Positions 21,704 through 33,343 of a stretch of DNA of 64,000 nucleotides are shown here, in pieces; position 1 is the first letter of the stretch, and each line of letters begins with the position of its first letter. The translations under genes and the position numbers were made by a program. Location of the stretch: positions 7,570,711 through 7,634,710 of the forward strand of contig CAVUSO010000001.1 in assembly GCA_963744145.1 (NCBI GenBank), in the 5' to 3' direction. The DNA comes from an uncultured cyanobacterium. Its GTDB lineage: Bacteria; Cyanobacteriota; Cyanobacteriia; Cyanobacteriales; CAWUOF01. The notes below the pieces were generated by a model. That model did no database searches and was not told the origin of the DNA. It saw only the letters and a list, made by a program, of their open reading frames with translations.

Positions 21704-22096
21704 ATGTCTTCTTTACTAATTGTAATGTTTCTGATCATTACCATTTTCGGTTCAGAACAATTTCTGAGTCGGAAAGAAGCAAAAGAAAAAGCTCAAAAAC
21801 AAAAAGAGCTGTTAGCAGCTTTTTTTCAAGATCCAGGACGGTTTATTGGCAATTACCAAGAACATAAAAAATTATTAAAAGTTCTGAATGAATGTACTCA
21901 GGATGAAGTTAAGGAATATTATCAAAAATTGCGTTATGAAACGGGGAGATTCATCACAGAATTTGAGCCTAGTAATTTAGCACCTCTATTTGAAGATGTG
22001 GCTTTGATCTATTATCAAAAAGCTCATCTAGAACTGAACCAAGCAGAGCTAATTGAGATAGCTAGAAAAGATTTTAATTTTATTTGTCGTCAATGA
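21704..22096 (+). CDS. hypothetical protein with N-terminal membrane anchor
   Basis: 130-aa ORF, hydrophobic N-terminus, no recognised family. Confidence 0.6.
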   Translation: MSSLLIVMFLIITIFGSEQFLSRKEAKEKAQKQKELLAAFFQDPGRFIGNYQEHKKLLKVLNECTQDEVKEYYQKLRYETGRFITEFEPSNLAPLFEDVALIYYQKAHLELNQAELIEIARKDFNFICRQ

Positions 22097-22113
22097 CTTA
22101 AATAGTTATAATC

Positions 22114-23145
22114 CAATCCAGTTCAGTTAACCGTAGGGGCAAAGCATTTCGGCGAATAAATGATGGCTGAAACGTTTACCCTGAGCGTAGTCGAAGGGAA
22201 GAATAATATTACCGAAATGCTTTGCCCTTACCATCTATGCAGCCAACAGATCAACTAGATATTAAAATATATTCAGTTAAGATTTTTTTGGGGAGATATC
22301 GCGCAGAACTGGGTGAAGCATTCGGATTTAATAGGAACGGATTTAAGTGATCAATTATCGCCCGAATGCTTCACCCCTACAATTAACTGAACCGGATGCA
22401 GGTAAGATTTTTTTTGGAGATATCGCGCAGAACTGGGTGAAGCATTCGGATTTAATAGGAACGGATTTAAGTGATCAATTATCGCCCGAATGCTTCACCC
22501 CTACAATTAACTGAACCGGATGCAGGTAAGATTTTTTTTGGGGAGATATCGCGCAGAACTGGGTGAAGCATTCGGATTTAATAGGAACGGATTTAAGTGA
22601 TCAATTATCGCCCGAATGCTTCACCCCTACAATTAACTGAACCGGATGCAGTTAAGATTTTTTTTGGAGATATCGCGCAGAACTGGGTGAAGCATTCGGA
22701 TTTAATAGGAACGGATTTAAGTGATCAATTATCGCCCGAATGCTTCACCCCTACAATTAACTGAACCGGATGCAGTTAAGATTTTTTTTGGAGATATCGC
22801 GCAGAACTGGGTGAAGCATTCGGATTTAATAGGAACGGATTTAAGTGATCAATTATCGCCCGAATGCTTCACCCCTACAATTAACTGAACCGGATGCAGT
22901 TAAGATTTTTTTTGGAGATATCGCGCAGAACTGGGTGAAGCATTCGGATTTAATAGGAACGGATTTAAGTGATCAATTATCGCCCGAATGCTTCACCCCT
23001 ACAATTAACTGAACCGGATGCAGGTAAGATTTTTTTTGGAGATATCGCGCAGAACTGGGTGAAGCATTCGGATTTAATAGGAACGGATTTAAGTGATCAA
23101 TTATCGCCCGAATGCTTCACCCCTACAATTAACTGAACCGGATTG
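22114..23145. mobile_element. composite IS4-type MITE (Nezha-like) containing a tandem array
   Basis: TIRs CAATCCAGTTCAGTTAA / TTAACTGAACCGGATTG; 10-bp TSD AGTTATAATC at 22104-22113 and 23146-23155. Confidence 0.85.
22274..23145. repeat. 7 tandem copies of a 124-126-bp hairpin-containing unit
   Basis: Units start 22274, 22399, 22523, 22649, 22773, 22897, 23021; each has the stem GGGTGAAGCATTCGG...CCGAATGCTTCACCC and ends in the MITE TIR; differences only in a T/G homopolymer and one SNP. Confidence 0.95.
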
Positions 23146-23258
23146 AGTTATAATCAAGATAAATTCTGTGGTACAATAGACCAGAAAGGAAAAATAACTA
23201 GGAAAGTTAATTCAATCCTAATTTAGCCAACTTTAACTACCAATAGGAGGTATTCCCC

Positions 23259-23906
23259 TTGTCTCGTTTTCGGGTTCGTCAGCACGTTAATCCTCTCAGT
23301 CAAAAATATTGCAATCCCATCCATCTCCCTGAATGGAGTCAAATTTATGCAAATCTATCCCAACCCTTACATTTAGATATTGGTTGTGCTTGGGGAAGAT
23401 TTTTATTAAAAATGGCACAAGTCCAACCCGATTGGAATTTTTTAGGATTGGAAATTCGCAGATTTTTGGTAGATGAAGCAAATGTTAATCGTGATGAACT
23501 AGGTTTAACCAATCTACATTATTTATTTAGTAATGCTAATAATTCTTTAACCCAAATCTTAGCTTCTTTACCACCAAATATTTTACAAAGAGTGACCATT
23601 CAATTTCCTGATCCCTGGTTTAAAAACCGACATCATAAACGTCGATTAGTTCAACCGGAAATAGTCCATAACTTAGCCTTTTATTTACCTAATGGTGGAG
23701 AAGTTTTTTTGCAATCTGATCTGGAAGAAATTGCTCAGGAAATGTGCGATCGCTTTTCATCTCACCCAGCATTTTTCCGTCAAAACCCTGACACTTGGTT
23801 AGCGGAAAATCCCCTTCCAGTAGCTACTGAAAGGGAAATCGCGACCTTAACACAGAACAAACCAGTCTATCGTGCTTTATTTTGCAAGTTGTCTACAACC
23901 AACTAG
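23259..23906 (+). CDS. trmB: tRNA (guanine-N7)-methyltransferase
   Basis: [48 protein letters not shown] with TTG start. Confidence 0.92.
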   Translation: MSRFRVRQHVNPLSQKYCNPIHLPEWSQIYANLSQPLHLDIGCAWGRFLLKMAQVQPDWNFLGLEIRRFLVDEANVNRDELGLTNLHYLFSNANNSLTQILASLPPNILQRVTIQFPDPWFKNRHHKRRLVQPEIVHNLAFYLPNGGEVFLQSDLEEIAQEMCDRFSSHPAFFRQNPDTWLAENPLPVATEREIATLTQNKPVYRALFCKLSTTN

Positions 23907-25428
23907 GTAACCAAATCCGCATTTGATGTTCATTCAGAGATAAAGGTAATCCAATATAGACTGGTAACCAAAAGAGGAAGGATAAACAAATTAGACAAAT
24001 AATCGTGATTCCCAAAATTTTAATATGATCGTTATGACTGCGTAACCAGTGATCAGTTAACCAAGCAATACCTAAAAATGTGAAAATAGAAGCAGGTATA
24101 TAAAGATAGATAAATGTACAACGAGTTATGAAGATCCAAGGAAAAAAATTAGCGATGTAGTTGATTACTAAATAAAGAGCAATCCATGTCGCAGTTGAAA
24201 GAGATTGAGGCTCGGTTTGGCTTGATAATGAGGGTTGATGAAAATCTGGAGATTGGCTAATTGGGGATGTTTTTTTAGAGACTAAGATCGGGATAATTAG
24301 CATCCATAAAATCGCGATCGCTAACATGATCATTGCTACTGTTCCCGTCCACCATAAAAAAGGATTTCCCATTGCTTGAACAGCATAAACTATTTTACCT
24401 ACACCCGGAGGTAAAGGTGGATATAGGGGAACTGGATCGCTCAAATGAAGTGTTTTCTCATAAAAATATAAGATCGGACGGAGCATTAAGGACCAAGTAT
24501 ACCAAGCTGAACAATAAGGATGTACTTCTGTCCCATTACCCATATTTTGATGAAATGCTAATATTTGTCGATGGATTTCCCAAAATCCAGCGTCAGATGT
24601 AATGAGTAAGTGTGGTATCCAAATTAAACAGTAAACCACGGTCGGAATAATTCCTAAATTTACCAACCAGGATGGTAAGTTAATCTGAGTTAAGTTTGGT
24701 AAAGGATTAAGGCTTTTTGATTTTAAATTTGGGGTTTTCCTTGGTAAATTTGCTAGTAAACGCTTTAATTTTTGTAACCAAACTATTCCCCAAGCAATCA
24801 GCCAAAGTAGATAAATTCCCAACAGAAATCCTAATCCATTCCATTTTACTGCGATCGCTGCTCCAAAACAAACTCCAGCTAGTGCTAACCAAATTTTGCG
24901 TTTCGTCTTTTGGTGAGCTAACCCTAGGAGGAAAAACCAATTACCTAATAGTCCAAAAAAAATTAAATAGATATTAATCAGAGCAAAGCGAGATTCTACT
25001 AACAGTAAACCATCCGCAGCAGTAAATAAACCAGCTATGATCGCATAACTAGAACGATGACTCAATTGATAAGCAATCCCCATCACAATTAAGGGAATTA
25101 CTGAACCCGTGAGAGCATCTAACCAACGATAACTGAAAGGAGAAATTACTGCTCCGGTAAAATAGTTTGGAGTTCCTGTATAGAAAGGAAAATGATTAGC
25201 TAACCAAATCCCTAGAGCGATTAAATATTTCCCTAGAGGAGGATGAGCATCAAAAAAGGAAACTTGGTTTAAATAGTTGATGGCAAATTTGGCATAGTAA
25301 ACTTCATCAAATACTAAAACATTAAATTGATCAAGCCGCCAAAAGTGGGTCACACTTGATAGGAAAAATACACCCAAGATACTGATAATAAACCAAGGTG
25401 GAGACCAGAGATCAGATTTTTTCACCAA
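23893..25428 (-). CDS. dolichyl-phosphate-mannose-protein mannosyltransferase (PMT/GT39-like)
   Basis: [45 protein letters not shown]. Confidence 0.88.
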   Translation of the reverse strand: MVKKSDLWSPPWFIISILGVFFLSSVTHFWRLDQFNVLVFDEVYYAKFAINYLNQVSFFDAHPPLGKYLIALGIWLANHFPFYTGTPNYFTGAVISPFSYRWLDALTGSVIPLIVMGIAYQLSHRSSYAIIAGLFTAADGLLLVESRFALINIYLIFFGLLGNWFFLLGLAHQKTKRKIWLALAGVCFGAAIAVKWNGLGFLLGIYLLWLIAWGIVWLQKLKRLLANLPRKTPNLKSKSLNPLPNLTQINLPSWLVNLGIIPTVVYCLIWIPHLLITSDAGFWEIHRQILAFHQNMGNGTEVHPYCSAWYTWSLMLRPILYFYEKTLHLSDPVPLYPPLPPGVGKIVYAVQAMGNPFLWWTGTVAMIMLAIAILWMLIIPILVSKKTSPISQSPDFHQPSLSSQTEPQSLSTATWIALYLVINYIANFFPWIFITRCTFIYLYIPASIFTFLGIAWLTDHWLRSHNDHIKILGITIICLICLSFLFWLPVYIGLPLSLNEHQMRIWLPSWL

Positions 25429-25514
25429 TTTCCAAAGTTATAAATATTTTTAATTTGGGGCAATTAAATTCTATAATATAAAGTTCAATCCTTACTTCCA
25501 ACTCAAATTTAGTT

Positions 25515-26633
25515 ATGACAAAAAAGCCGGATCTCAGTTCTGATCAATTGCCCGATTCCCCCAATTGGTCTAATTTATTGCAAAAATTACTAGATCGGCA
25601 ATCTTTGATGAGTGAGGAAGCTGTTAGATTGATGCAGGGATGGCTACAAGAAGAAATTCCACCAGTGCTATCAGGCGCTATTTTAACAGCTTTGCAGATG
25701 AAAGGGATTTCTGCTCAGGAATTAGCAGGAATGGCCCAAGTTTTACAAACTCAATGCTTTGGTACAGATCCCCAAAGTGTTTTCAATCCTAAATCTCAAT
25801 CCCAAAATTTAAACCTAATCGATACTTGTGGTACTGGTGGAGATGGGGCTTCTACATTTAATATTTCTACCGCAGTAGCTTTTGTGGCGGCAGCAGCGGG
25901 CGTGCCAGTAGCCAAGCACGGTAATCGTTCTGCTTCTAGTCGAGTGGGATCGGCTGATGTGTTGGAAGCACTAGGAGTTAACTTAAATGCTCCTGAAGAT
26001 CAAATTATTTTAGCTCTTGAGCAGGTGGGGATTACTTTTCTCTTTGCTCCTGGTTGGCACCCAGCTTTAAAAGCTGTAGCCCCAATCCGACGGACTCTCG
26101 GAATTAGAACTATATTTAATCTTTTAGGACCATTGGTCAATCCTTTACGTCCATCGGGTCAGGTGATTGGAGTGGGTGATCCTGATCTGATTGATCCGAT
26201 TGTTCACGCTTTGCATCTTTTAGGAACTGAGATCGCGATCGTAGTTCACGGACGCGAAAAGCTTGATGAAGCTGGGTTAGCTGATATTAATGATGTGGCA
26301 ATTTTGTCAGATGGTCAGGTCAAGTTAGTTAGTATTCATCCAGAAGATGTGGGTTTGGCTCTCACCCCGACGATCGCGATGCGTGGTGGTGATGTGAGGG
26401 AAAATGCAGAAATTTTGCGGGCTGTGCTTCAAGGTAAAGGAACTCAAGCACAACAGGACATAGTAGCCTTGAATAGTGCTTTAGCCCTACAAGTTGGTCA
26501 GGCGATCGCTCTGCAAGACCATAGAGCTGGAATATCTTTAGCTCAAGATATCCTCTCTAGTGGTGCCGCTTGGTCTAAGTTAGAAGAATTAGTAAAATTT
26601 TTAAGCCCATCAACTACTAGCAATTCCGGTTGA
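25515..26633 (+). CDS. trpD: anthranilate phosphoribosyltransferase
   Basis: [48 protein letters not shown]. Confidence 0.95.
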   Translation: MTKKPDLSSDQLPDSPNWSNLLQKLLDRQSLMSEEAVRLMQGWLQEEIPPVLSGAILTALQMKGISAQELAGMAQVLQTQCFGTDPQSVFNPKSQSQNLNLIDTCGTGGDGASTFNISTAVAFVAAAAGVPVAKHGNRSASSRVGSADVLEALGVNLNAPEDQIILALEQVGITFLFAPGWHPALKAVAPIRRTLGIRTIFNLLGPLVNPLRPSGQVIGVGDPDLIDPIVHALHLLGTEIAIVVHGREKLDEAGLADINDVAILSDGQVKLVSIHPEDVGLALTPTIAMRGGDVRENAEILRAVLQGKGTQAQQDIVALNSALALQVGQAIALQDHRAGISLAQDILSSGAAWSKLEELVKFLSPSTTSNSG

Positions 26634-27578
26634 GCGAGAACGAAATTCGACTACATATTTTTTGATGGTAATGTCATAGTTGTTAAAAAAATCATGCCCT
26701 AATAAGCCCAGGTCTAATTGGGGAGCGATCGACACTTGGACATTTTTCACGATTAGACCTCCAGCTTCAATAGAATCAACCTTCCCAACCGAAAATTCTA
26801 CTCCTTTAGCACTTGGGGTATCTGCGGTAGTCGTCCCTTCGGGAATGACTCCCAAGGATGTAGCCATTTTCTGGGTAATTACCGTACCACTAGCTCCTGT
26901 ATCTACAATCATTTCATAGGTCTGAGCCTCGTTAAAGGTTACATCAATTACGGCTGTTCCTTCGGCTCGATATTTGATGGGAACTTGAAATAACCCTTCC
27001 CGATTACTGGCGATCGGCGTAGAATTACTCAGGGCTGCATTATTAGAACCGTTTGAGGGTTTTTGTTCTGATTTAGTCTGGGGATTTTTAGTGGAATCAG
27101 GACTACTGGTACTTTTAGGAGGACTAGCTGCTTGTTTTTTCGCATCTTCCAAATTACGCTGATATTCCACCAGCTTTTTTTTAGCATCAGCATAGTTAGG
27201 ACTCGAGGGGGGAATGCTTTTCATTAGCTTGATCGCCTGATTCCACCGACTAATCACTAAGTTCCAGTCATCGCTCGATTGAGCTGATTTACTAATATTA
27301 CTGGCACTTTCAGCTTTATTCAGGGCGATTTTGTAAGATTTATCTAATGTTTCTTCTGATCCTGACTGTCCCTTATTATCTTTTGCTGCTACTCCTGGTG
27401 TCGCTGGTGCTGCTGCACTTGGTTGAGGTGCTGTGGTTGACGGAGTAGGAGCACCCGTTGCTCCTGGACTGGGAGTAGTAGCAGGATTCGGACTACCACC
27501 ACTACAAGCAACACTCGTAAAAATTAATGTACCTGCTAGAAAAATTAGCGATCCCTTTGGTCGAGCCAACTTAAACAT
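26610..27578 (-). CDS. lipoprotein with retropepsin-like aspartic protease domain
   Basis: Lipobox SVAC, Pro/Thr linker, C-terminal [14 protein letters not shown]. Confidence 0.8.
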   Translation of the reverse strand: MFKLARPKGSLIFLAGTLIFTSVACSGGSPNPATTPSPGATGAPTPSTTAPQPSAAAPATPGVAAKDNKGQSGSEETLDKSYKIALNKAESASNISKSAQSSDDWNLVISRWNQAIKLMKSIPPSSPNYADAKKKLVEYQRNLEDAKKQAASPPKSTSSPDSTKNPQTKSEQKPSNGSNNAALSNSTPIASNREGLFQVPIKYRAEGTAVIDVTFNEAQTYEMIVDTGASGTVITQKMATSLGVIPEGTTTADTPSAKGVEFSVGKVDSIEAGGLIVKNVQVSIAPQLDLGLLGHDFFNNYDITIKKYVVEFRSRSTGIASS

Positions 27579-27648
27579 TTTTTTTCCCAAATTTTAGCTG
27601 TCTGAAAACATTTTTAATGATCTTCTCTCAACTGAAGATATTTGATCT

Positions 27649-28233
27649 TTATTTTGGTTGACGCAATTGAAATTCTACTGTATCTTCTGTAATTTTCAGA
27701 TCATAACCAGCATAAAAACTTTGCCCGAGCAGTCCGATGTCTACATCTGGTCCAGCGATCCCGACTGGGATTTTGTTGACAACCAAACCGTTTACTTCTA
27801 CCGCATCTACAGTACCAGTAGAAATTTCTACCCCTTTAGCACTAGCCGTATCTACTAATGCCTTTCCTGTTGGAGCAACGGATAGGGTTTTAGCCATTTT
27901 GTCGGTAATCAGTATATGCGACGCTCCCGTATCTACCAACATTTCAAACTGCTGAGAATTATTAGAATTTACAAAATTTACATCAATTACCGGAACTCCA
28001 TACTCACGACGTTTAATTTTTGCTTCAAAAACTCCTGGTTTACTGTTCACTGTAGGTGTCTGGGTCGAACTACTCCCACATAAACTATTGAGATTTACTA
28101 CTTTACCAGAACTATCCACCAGAAAACATCCTTCACGTTCTTGGGCGATCGCACTGGTTAAGGAAGGGATCATATCGATGTTGACTAAAATTATCCCTAC
28201 CATCAACAGGAGGACTCTTGGCAATTTTTTCAT
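27649..28233 (-). CDS. secreted retropepsin-like aspartic protease
   Basis: Signal peptide, GCFLVDSSGKVVNLNSLC, LVDTGAS..GLLGQSF. Confidence 0.82.
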   Translation of the reverse strand: MKKLPRVLLLMVGIILVNIDMIPSLTSAIAQEREGCFLVDSSGKVVNLNSLCGSSSTQTPTVNSKPGVFEAKIKRREYGVPVIDVNFVNSNNSQQFEMLVDTGASHILITDKMAKTLSVAPTGKALVDTASAKGVEISTGTVDAVEVNGLVVNKIPVGIAGPDVDIGLLGQSFYAGYDLKITEDTVEFQLRQPK

Positions 28234-28738
28234 CGGATTTTCCCTAATCTAATCTATTTAGGCTAATTTCTATAGATTCTGAATTCAGCATTGCAATTAA
28301 TATTTTGTTCGGCAATTGCGAGATTTTTAATATTACTAAGAATATTTCCTCCCTCGAAAATAACTTTTTGCTAATCGGCAAATTTTACCTCTTGCTTTGA
28401 GCAAACCTATTTTAATTTTATAATCTTTTTTAAAGATTGTCTGGACTCAATATGATAAGATTTGTTAAAATACTAACTAAGAATCAAATATTTTTGACAA
28501 AAACTTGATTGAATAGATTTTGCCCGAGCCGAGGTGAGACGATTTGGCCTAACTCAGGGGCTATCGCGAAAAATAGTATTTTAAGTATACCACATTAATT
28601 GCCAAATTCATAAATCAGCAGATTTTGACATTTGTGCAGACGTAATCAGAAATAAGTAATAGATAATGGAAAATGGCTCATGGCACCCGCCGCTGAGTTC
28701 ATAACCCGCCCATAGTGCAAGTTAGCTTTTTGGTGAAT

Positions 28739-29908
28739 ATGACCATTTCTCCTGCTCAACCAGCCCTCCTCGTCCTGGCAGATGGCACAGCCTATCATGG
28801 CTGGTCTTTTGGTGCATCTGGGACTGCCATTGGAGAAGTAGTATTTAATACGGGCATGACTGGATATCAAGAAGTTTTGACCGATCCGAGTTATTGTGGT
28901 CAAATCGTCTTATTTACCTATCCAGAATTAGGCAATACAGGGATCAATCCGGAAGATGAAGAATCAGCTCATCCTCAAGTCCAAGGAGCGATCGCCCGAA
29001 ACATTTGCGTTCGACCCAGCAACTGGCGTTCGACCCAATCATTACCAGACTATCTGAAACAAAATCACATCCCAGGGATTTATGGGATTGATACCCGAGC
29101 CCTAACTCGGAAAATTCGGATCACTGGTGCCATGAATGGTGGGATTTCGACAGAAATTCTGGATGAATCGGAACTACTAGCCAAAATTCAGGCTGCACCA
29201 TCAATGTCAGGATTAAACCTAGTACCGAAAGTTAGTACCAAGACCATCTATGAATGGTCAGAGCCAACTAATGCGGTATGGGAATTTAGTCCCCAAATCC
29301 CCAGCAGCGATCGGGAAACTTTCACAGTAGTTGCGATTGACTTTGGCATCAAACGCAATATTTTACGAAGGTTAGCCAGTTATGGCTGTCGAGTAATTGT
29401 CGTGCCATCTAATACCCCCGTAGCGGAAATTCTCAAGTACAATCCAGATGGAATTTTTCTCTCTAACGGTCCAGGAGATCCCGCGGCGGTAACGGAAGGA
29501 ATTGAAACCGCTAAAGAATTGCTCAAAGGAACTAAACCCCTATTTGGCATTTGTCTAGGTCATCAAATTTTAGGTCTATCCCTAGGTGCAGACACATTCA
29601 AACTCAAATTTGGACATCGGGGTTTAAATCAACCGGCTGGACTGAAACAGCAAGTGGAAATTACCAGTCAAAATCATAGTTTTGCCATCGATCCCCAGAC
29701 CTTAAATTCAGCTGAGATCGAAATTACCCACTTGAACCTTAACGATCAGACCATAGCCGGTTTACGTCATAAAACCCTGCCCTTATTTTCGGTGCAGTAT
29801 CACCCCGAAGCTAGTCCAGGTCCCCATGACGCCGACTATATATTTGCCCAATTTGTGCAAGCAATGGGAACCAATCGGGCAGCTACAGTCACAACTGTGG
29901 AAACCTAG
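28739..29908 (+). CDS. carA: carbamoyl-phosphate synthase small subunit
   Basis: [41 protein letters not shown]. Confidence 0.95.
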   Translation: MTISPAQPALLVLADGTAYHGWSFGASGTAIGEVVFNTGMTGYQEVLTDPSYCGQIVLFTYPELGNTGINPEDEESAHPQVQGAIARNICVRPSNWRSTQSLPDYLKQNHIPGIYGIDTRALTRKIRITGAMNGGISTEILDESELLAKIQAAPSMSGLNLVPKVSTKTIYEWSEPTNAVWEFSPQIPSSDRETFTVVAIDFGIKRNILRRLASYGCRVIVVPSNTPVAEILKYNPDGIFLSNGPGDPAAVTEGIETAKELLKGTKPLFGICLGHQILGLSLGADTFKLKFGHRGLNQPAGLKQQVEITSQNHSFAIDPQTLNSAEIEITHLNLNDQTIAGLRHKTLPLFSVQYHPEASPGPHDADYIFAQFVQAMGTNRAATVTTVET

Positions 29909-30059
29909 TAACTGAATCCAAAAAAATTTAGGGGTTTGGCGATCGCCCCTAAAATTCAGATTTGACCATCTAAAATTTTCATGATTAGCAGTAGACAATA
30001 GCTGAAAAAAAATCTATACTATAACCTCGACTTGATGACTATTCTGCTAGGAGGGTCAT

Positions 30060-30437
30060 ATTGCTGAACCACTCAATCTGACTGTTAGCTTACGAGGCGC
30101 ATGCGAAGTCAGAGATAATTGCCAACTTTTTCGTCTCACCGGCCTATTGGACGCTTTTTCGGAGCCGACCTTTCGTAAAGTGATTGGTTCGCGCATCGAA
30201 AGCGGTCCAAAGCATATTATTTTGGATCTTTCCCAAATAGATTTTGTCGATAGCTCTGGGTTAGGGGCGCTGGTTCAATTGGCCAAAAAAGCCCAAGTGA
30301 GTAATGGTACTTTGCAAATAGTTACTAATTCTCGTGTTACCCAAACTGTAAAATTAGTCCGCTTGGAAAAGTTTCTCTCATTACAGACTACAGTAGACAA
30401 TGCTCTAGCCAATATCCCCTCCCCTCTAAGTGATTGA
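30060..30437 (+). CDS. STAS-domain anti-sigma-factor antagonist (probable ATT start)
   Basis: LTGLLDAFS, IILDLSQIDFVDSSGLGALV; frame open back to TAG at 30048; AGGAGG at 30049-30054 five nt before in-frame ATT. Confidence 0.85.
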   Translation: MAEPLNLTVSLRGACEVRDNCQLFRLTGLLDAFSEPTFRKVIGSRIESGPKHIILDLSQIDFVDSSGLGALVQLAKKAQVSNGTLQIVTNSRVTQTVKLVRLEKFLSLQTTVDNALANIPSPLSD

Positions 30438-30575
30438 ATGTAATTCCACAAGCTATCCGGATTTGGCTCTGGATAGTTTCTTTTTACTTTTTTTAAGTTA
30501 ACTATTCTGTTATATGGAATCAATTAAAATTTTGGTTTTAATTAACTAACTTTTTCCTAGGGATTCGTTAAAATT

Positions 30576-30986
30576 GTGGGAGTTGAACCCCTTTCTGGGC
30601 CAGTAGCTTTGGGACAAATCCAAAGAATTTCGCCAGCTTCTTTAGCTTATGTGGGAGATGCTGTATATGAAATGTACATCCGGACCCATTATTTGCTGCC
30701 CCCCAAACGCTTACAAGATTATCATGATCTAGTCGTCGCTCAAGTCCGAGCAGAAGCTCAAGCCAAACAGCTACTTGCCATCACACCCTATCTAACCAAT
30801 GCCGAACGGGAAATTTTAAGACGGGGACGTAACGCTGCTACTGGACGCCCCAAACGAGTTGATCTCGAAACTTATCAACAAGCTACGAGTTTAGAAACTT
30901 TGGTGGGATATCTCTATCTCACCGATCCCCAGCGTTTAAGTGAAATCTTTGCACATTTAGAACTAAATCCCATTTCATCAGCATAA
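30576..30986 (+). CDS. mrnC: mini-ribonuclease III
   Basis: LAYVGDAVYE, LRRGRNA, YQQATSLETLVGYLYL; upstream of rlmB. Confidence 0.9.
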   Translation: MGVEPLSGPVALGQIQRISPASLAYVGDAVYEMYIRTHYLLPPKRLQDYHDLVVAQVRAEAQAKQLLAITPYLTNAEREILRRGRNAATGRPKRVDLETYQQATSLETLVGYLYLTDPQRLSEIFAHLELNPISSA

Positions 30987-31010
30987 ATAAAGTCAGGAAT
31001 TCATAACATT

Positions 31011-32162
31011 ATGGCCGCTAAACCGCAAAACCCAAAATTTCCCAGCAAACTGAAACGCAGCAAACTGAGCTTAAGCAAAAAACTTAAGCCCAGTATTAGT
31101 AACCCCATGGGCACTCAAGCTGGAGGAGAAAATAAATCGGTCAAAACTCAAGTAAACTCTAAGCGTCCAATTATCCGCTCTCACCAGGGAGCGGAGTCAA
31201 ATCCTAGTTCTGGTCAAGGTTTGTCAGCAAAAAGAGACATAAAACCACACCAAACTGAGCATGGGCGTCAAGCATTTCCGGCTCATCGAGCCGCCCATCC
31301 TTCCTCAGAATCGGCCAGTTCGGCTAAAGTATTGTCAACAACTGAACAAGATGAGATCGATCTGATTTATGGTCGTCATTCAGTTTTGGCCGCTTTAGAA
31401 AATCAGCGATCGCTAAATCGACTCTGGATTATTTCCCAACTGGTCTACGATCCCCGTTTTCATACTTTAATTCGTCAAGCTAAAGCCAACGGGACGGTAA
31501 TTGATGAAGTTGATTATGGGCGTTTAGATTACATTACTAACCGAGGTAATCACCAAGGAATTGCCGCTCAAATCGCGCCCTACACTTACCTAGAATTGGC
31601 TGATTTAATTGCTCAAGCTCAATCCGCCTCATCGCAACCAATCATCATCGCCACGGACGGTATTACCGATCCCCACAACTTAGGTGCAATTATTCGCACG
31701 GCTGAAGCGATCGGCGCTCAAGGCTTAATGCTCCCCCAACGTCGAGCTGTAGCAATTACCTCAGCGGTGATGAAAGTAGCTGCGGGAGCTTTAGAAAATT
31801 TTCCAGTAGCTAGGGTAGTCAATCTCAGCCGTGGTTTGGAAGAATTAAAAGCAGCAGGATTTTGGATCTATGGCACAGCCGCAGAAGCAGCAGCACCGAT
31901 CCACACAGTTGAGTTTACTGGTCCAATAGTTTTGGTCGTTGGTTCTGAGGGCGAAGGTTTGAGTTTGCTGACCCAGCGTTGCTGTGATGCTTTAGTTTCC
32001 ATTCCCCTAGCTGGTAATACACCCAGTCTGAATGTATCTGTGGCTACAGGAATGGCTTTATATGAGATTTATAGACAGCGTTGGTGTAATCAGCTACATT
32101 TGGAAAATTTGCCAAAAAATACATTGAAAAAAGAAAGACAAGCGAGTATAACAAAGTTTTAA
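31011..32162 (+). CDS. rlmB: 23S rRNA G2251 2'-O-methyltransferase
   Basis: [42 protein letters not shown]; long basic N-terminal extension. Confidence 0.92.
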   Translation: MAAKPQNPKFPSKLKRSKLSLSKKLKPSISNPMGTQAGGENKSVKTQVNSKRPIIRSHQGAESNPSSGQGLSAKRDIKPHQTEHGRQAFPAHRAAHPSSESASSAKVLSTTEQDEIDLIYGRHSVLAALENQRSLNRLWIISQLVYDPRFHTLIRQAKANGTVIDEVDYGRLDYITNRGNHQGIAAQIAPYTYLELADLIAQAQSASSQPIIIATDGITDPHNLGAIIRTAEAIGAQGLMLPQRRAVAITSAVMKVAAGALENFPVARVVNLSRGLEELKAAGFWIYGTAAEAAAPIHTVEFTGPIVLVVGSEGEGLSLLTQRCCDALVSIPLAGNTPSLNVSVATGMALYEIYRQRWCNQLHLENLPKNTLKKERQASITKF

Positions 32163-32215
32163 AAGCCAAAACAATCGCGTCGCATCCCAACGCATTGGCT
32201 CATTAGGCAAAGGAC

Positions 32216-32494
32216 ATGAAAGAACAAATGATTAATATTCTCCACTTCCTCGGCTTGGCTTATTGGGTTGAGATTCTGACCGAAAAGCCCAGATGTACCT
32301 ATTACTTTGGGCCATATTTTCACAAAAGTGAAGCCCAGGCGGCTAGTCTAGGCTTTATCGAAGATTTAGAACAAGAGGGCGCTCAGGGGATCAAAGTTCT
32401 CATTAAGCGCTGTAAACCAGTTAACCTGACCGTATATGAGGATGAAGTGGGGGAGTTGATTAAACCACAGCCAATTTTCAGTAGTCAAACTTAA
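32216..32494 (+). CDS. DUF1816 family protein
   Basis: YWVEILTEKPRCTYYFGPY, GFIEDLEQEGA, KRCKP. Confidence 0.85.
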   Translation: MKEQMINILHFLGLAYWVEILTEKPRCTYYFGPYFHKSEAQAASLGFIEDLEQEGAQGIKVLIKRCKPVNLTVYEDEVGELIKPQPIFSSQT

Positions 32495-33330
32495 AAATTT
32501 TTACCTAGATTTTTGTCAAGCCAATCCTCGATATCTTGGAGTAATTGCTTGGGGATCTCCCATGGCAATAAATGGGCTGTGTTCGGATAGGATTGCCACT
32601 GACAATGGGGAAGATGACGAGCAGTTTCTTGACTAGAGATGGCAGTAATATGGCGGTCAAATTCTCCAGCTAGCATTAAGCAGGCACATTGAATATGTTC
32701 TAAATCGGATAAACGATTATAATCAGCTCTCAAAGCGATGTTGAGAGCTTTATTCGCTTGGGGTGATGTTTGCCAATAAGCGGGTATTCCATAATGGGCT
32801 AAATATTGGTAGGCTAAGGTTGTATGTTGATGTAGAAGGTAGCGGTAAAGCGATCGCTGACCGAAAGTGTCTATATTCCACTGCCATCCTGGTTTAATTA
32901 GATTAATGAGCGAAGCTAATCCTGTATAAACTAGATCCTGCCACTTAATTGGTGGGTGATTGCCTCTGGGATGGGCTGCGGTCGCAATTAAAATTAAACC
33001 CTTGATTCGTTGTGGTAGTCTCAGGGCTAACTCGATCGCTAAAATTCCTCCTAGTGACCATCCCAAGACTAAGCATTGGTCGATCTGAAGATGATCTAGC
33101 AGTGCTTCTAAATCTAATAAGTGGTCAATCATGGCAAAGTCCCGATTAGTTCGACTTTTACCATAACCCCGGAGATCGGGAGCGATCGTTTGGAATCGAG
33201 ATGAAAGATGTTCAGTAAAAATTGACATACAATTTCCTGTACCAGGATGACCATGTAAACAAAGGATGGGCAATCCTTGACCTGTGACTTGAAAATTAAG
33301 AAATATAGCTGTTGAGAGAGTTTTTGGCAT
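32491..33330 (-). CDS. alpha/beta fold hydrolase
   Basis: LCLHGHPG, DLRGYG, GWSLGG, AHLLPWE. Confidence 0.88.
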   Translation of the reverse strand: MPKTLSTAIFLNFQVTGQGLPILCLHGHPGTGNCMSIFTEHLSSRFQTIAPDLRGYGKSRTNRDFAMIDHLLDLEALLDHLQIDQCLVLGWSLGGILAIELALRLPQRIKGLILIATAAHPRGNHPPIKWQDLVYTGLASLINLIKPGWQWNIDTFGQRSLYRYLLHQHTTLAYQYLAHYGIPAYWQTSPQANKALNIALRADYNRLSDLEHIQCACLMLAGEFDRHITAISSQETARHLPHCQWQSYPNTAHLLPWEIPKQLLQDIEDWLDKNLGKNF

Positions 33331-33343
33331 TTTCAGTCCTTTG

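Noticed and set aside
22274..23145. CRISPR array
   Set aside because: Units are identical over their full 124 bp with no unique spacers, no cas genes are nearby, and the block has TIRs and a TSD.
28500..28738. Structured leader (PyrR-type) or ncRNA upstream of carA
   Set aside because: GC-rich patches are present but no recognisable consensus or terminator/antiterminator pair.
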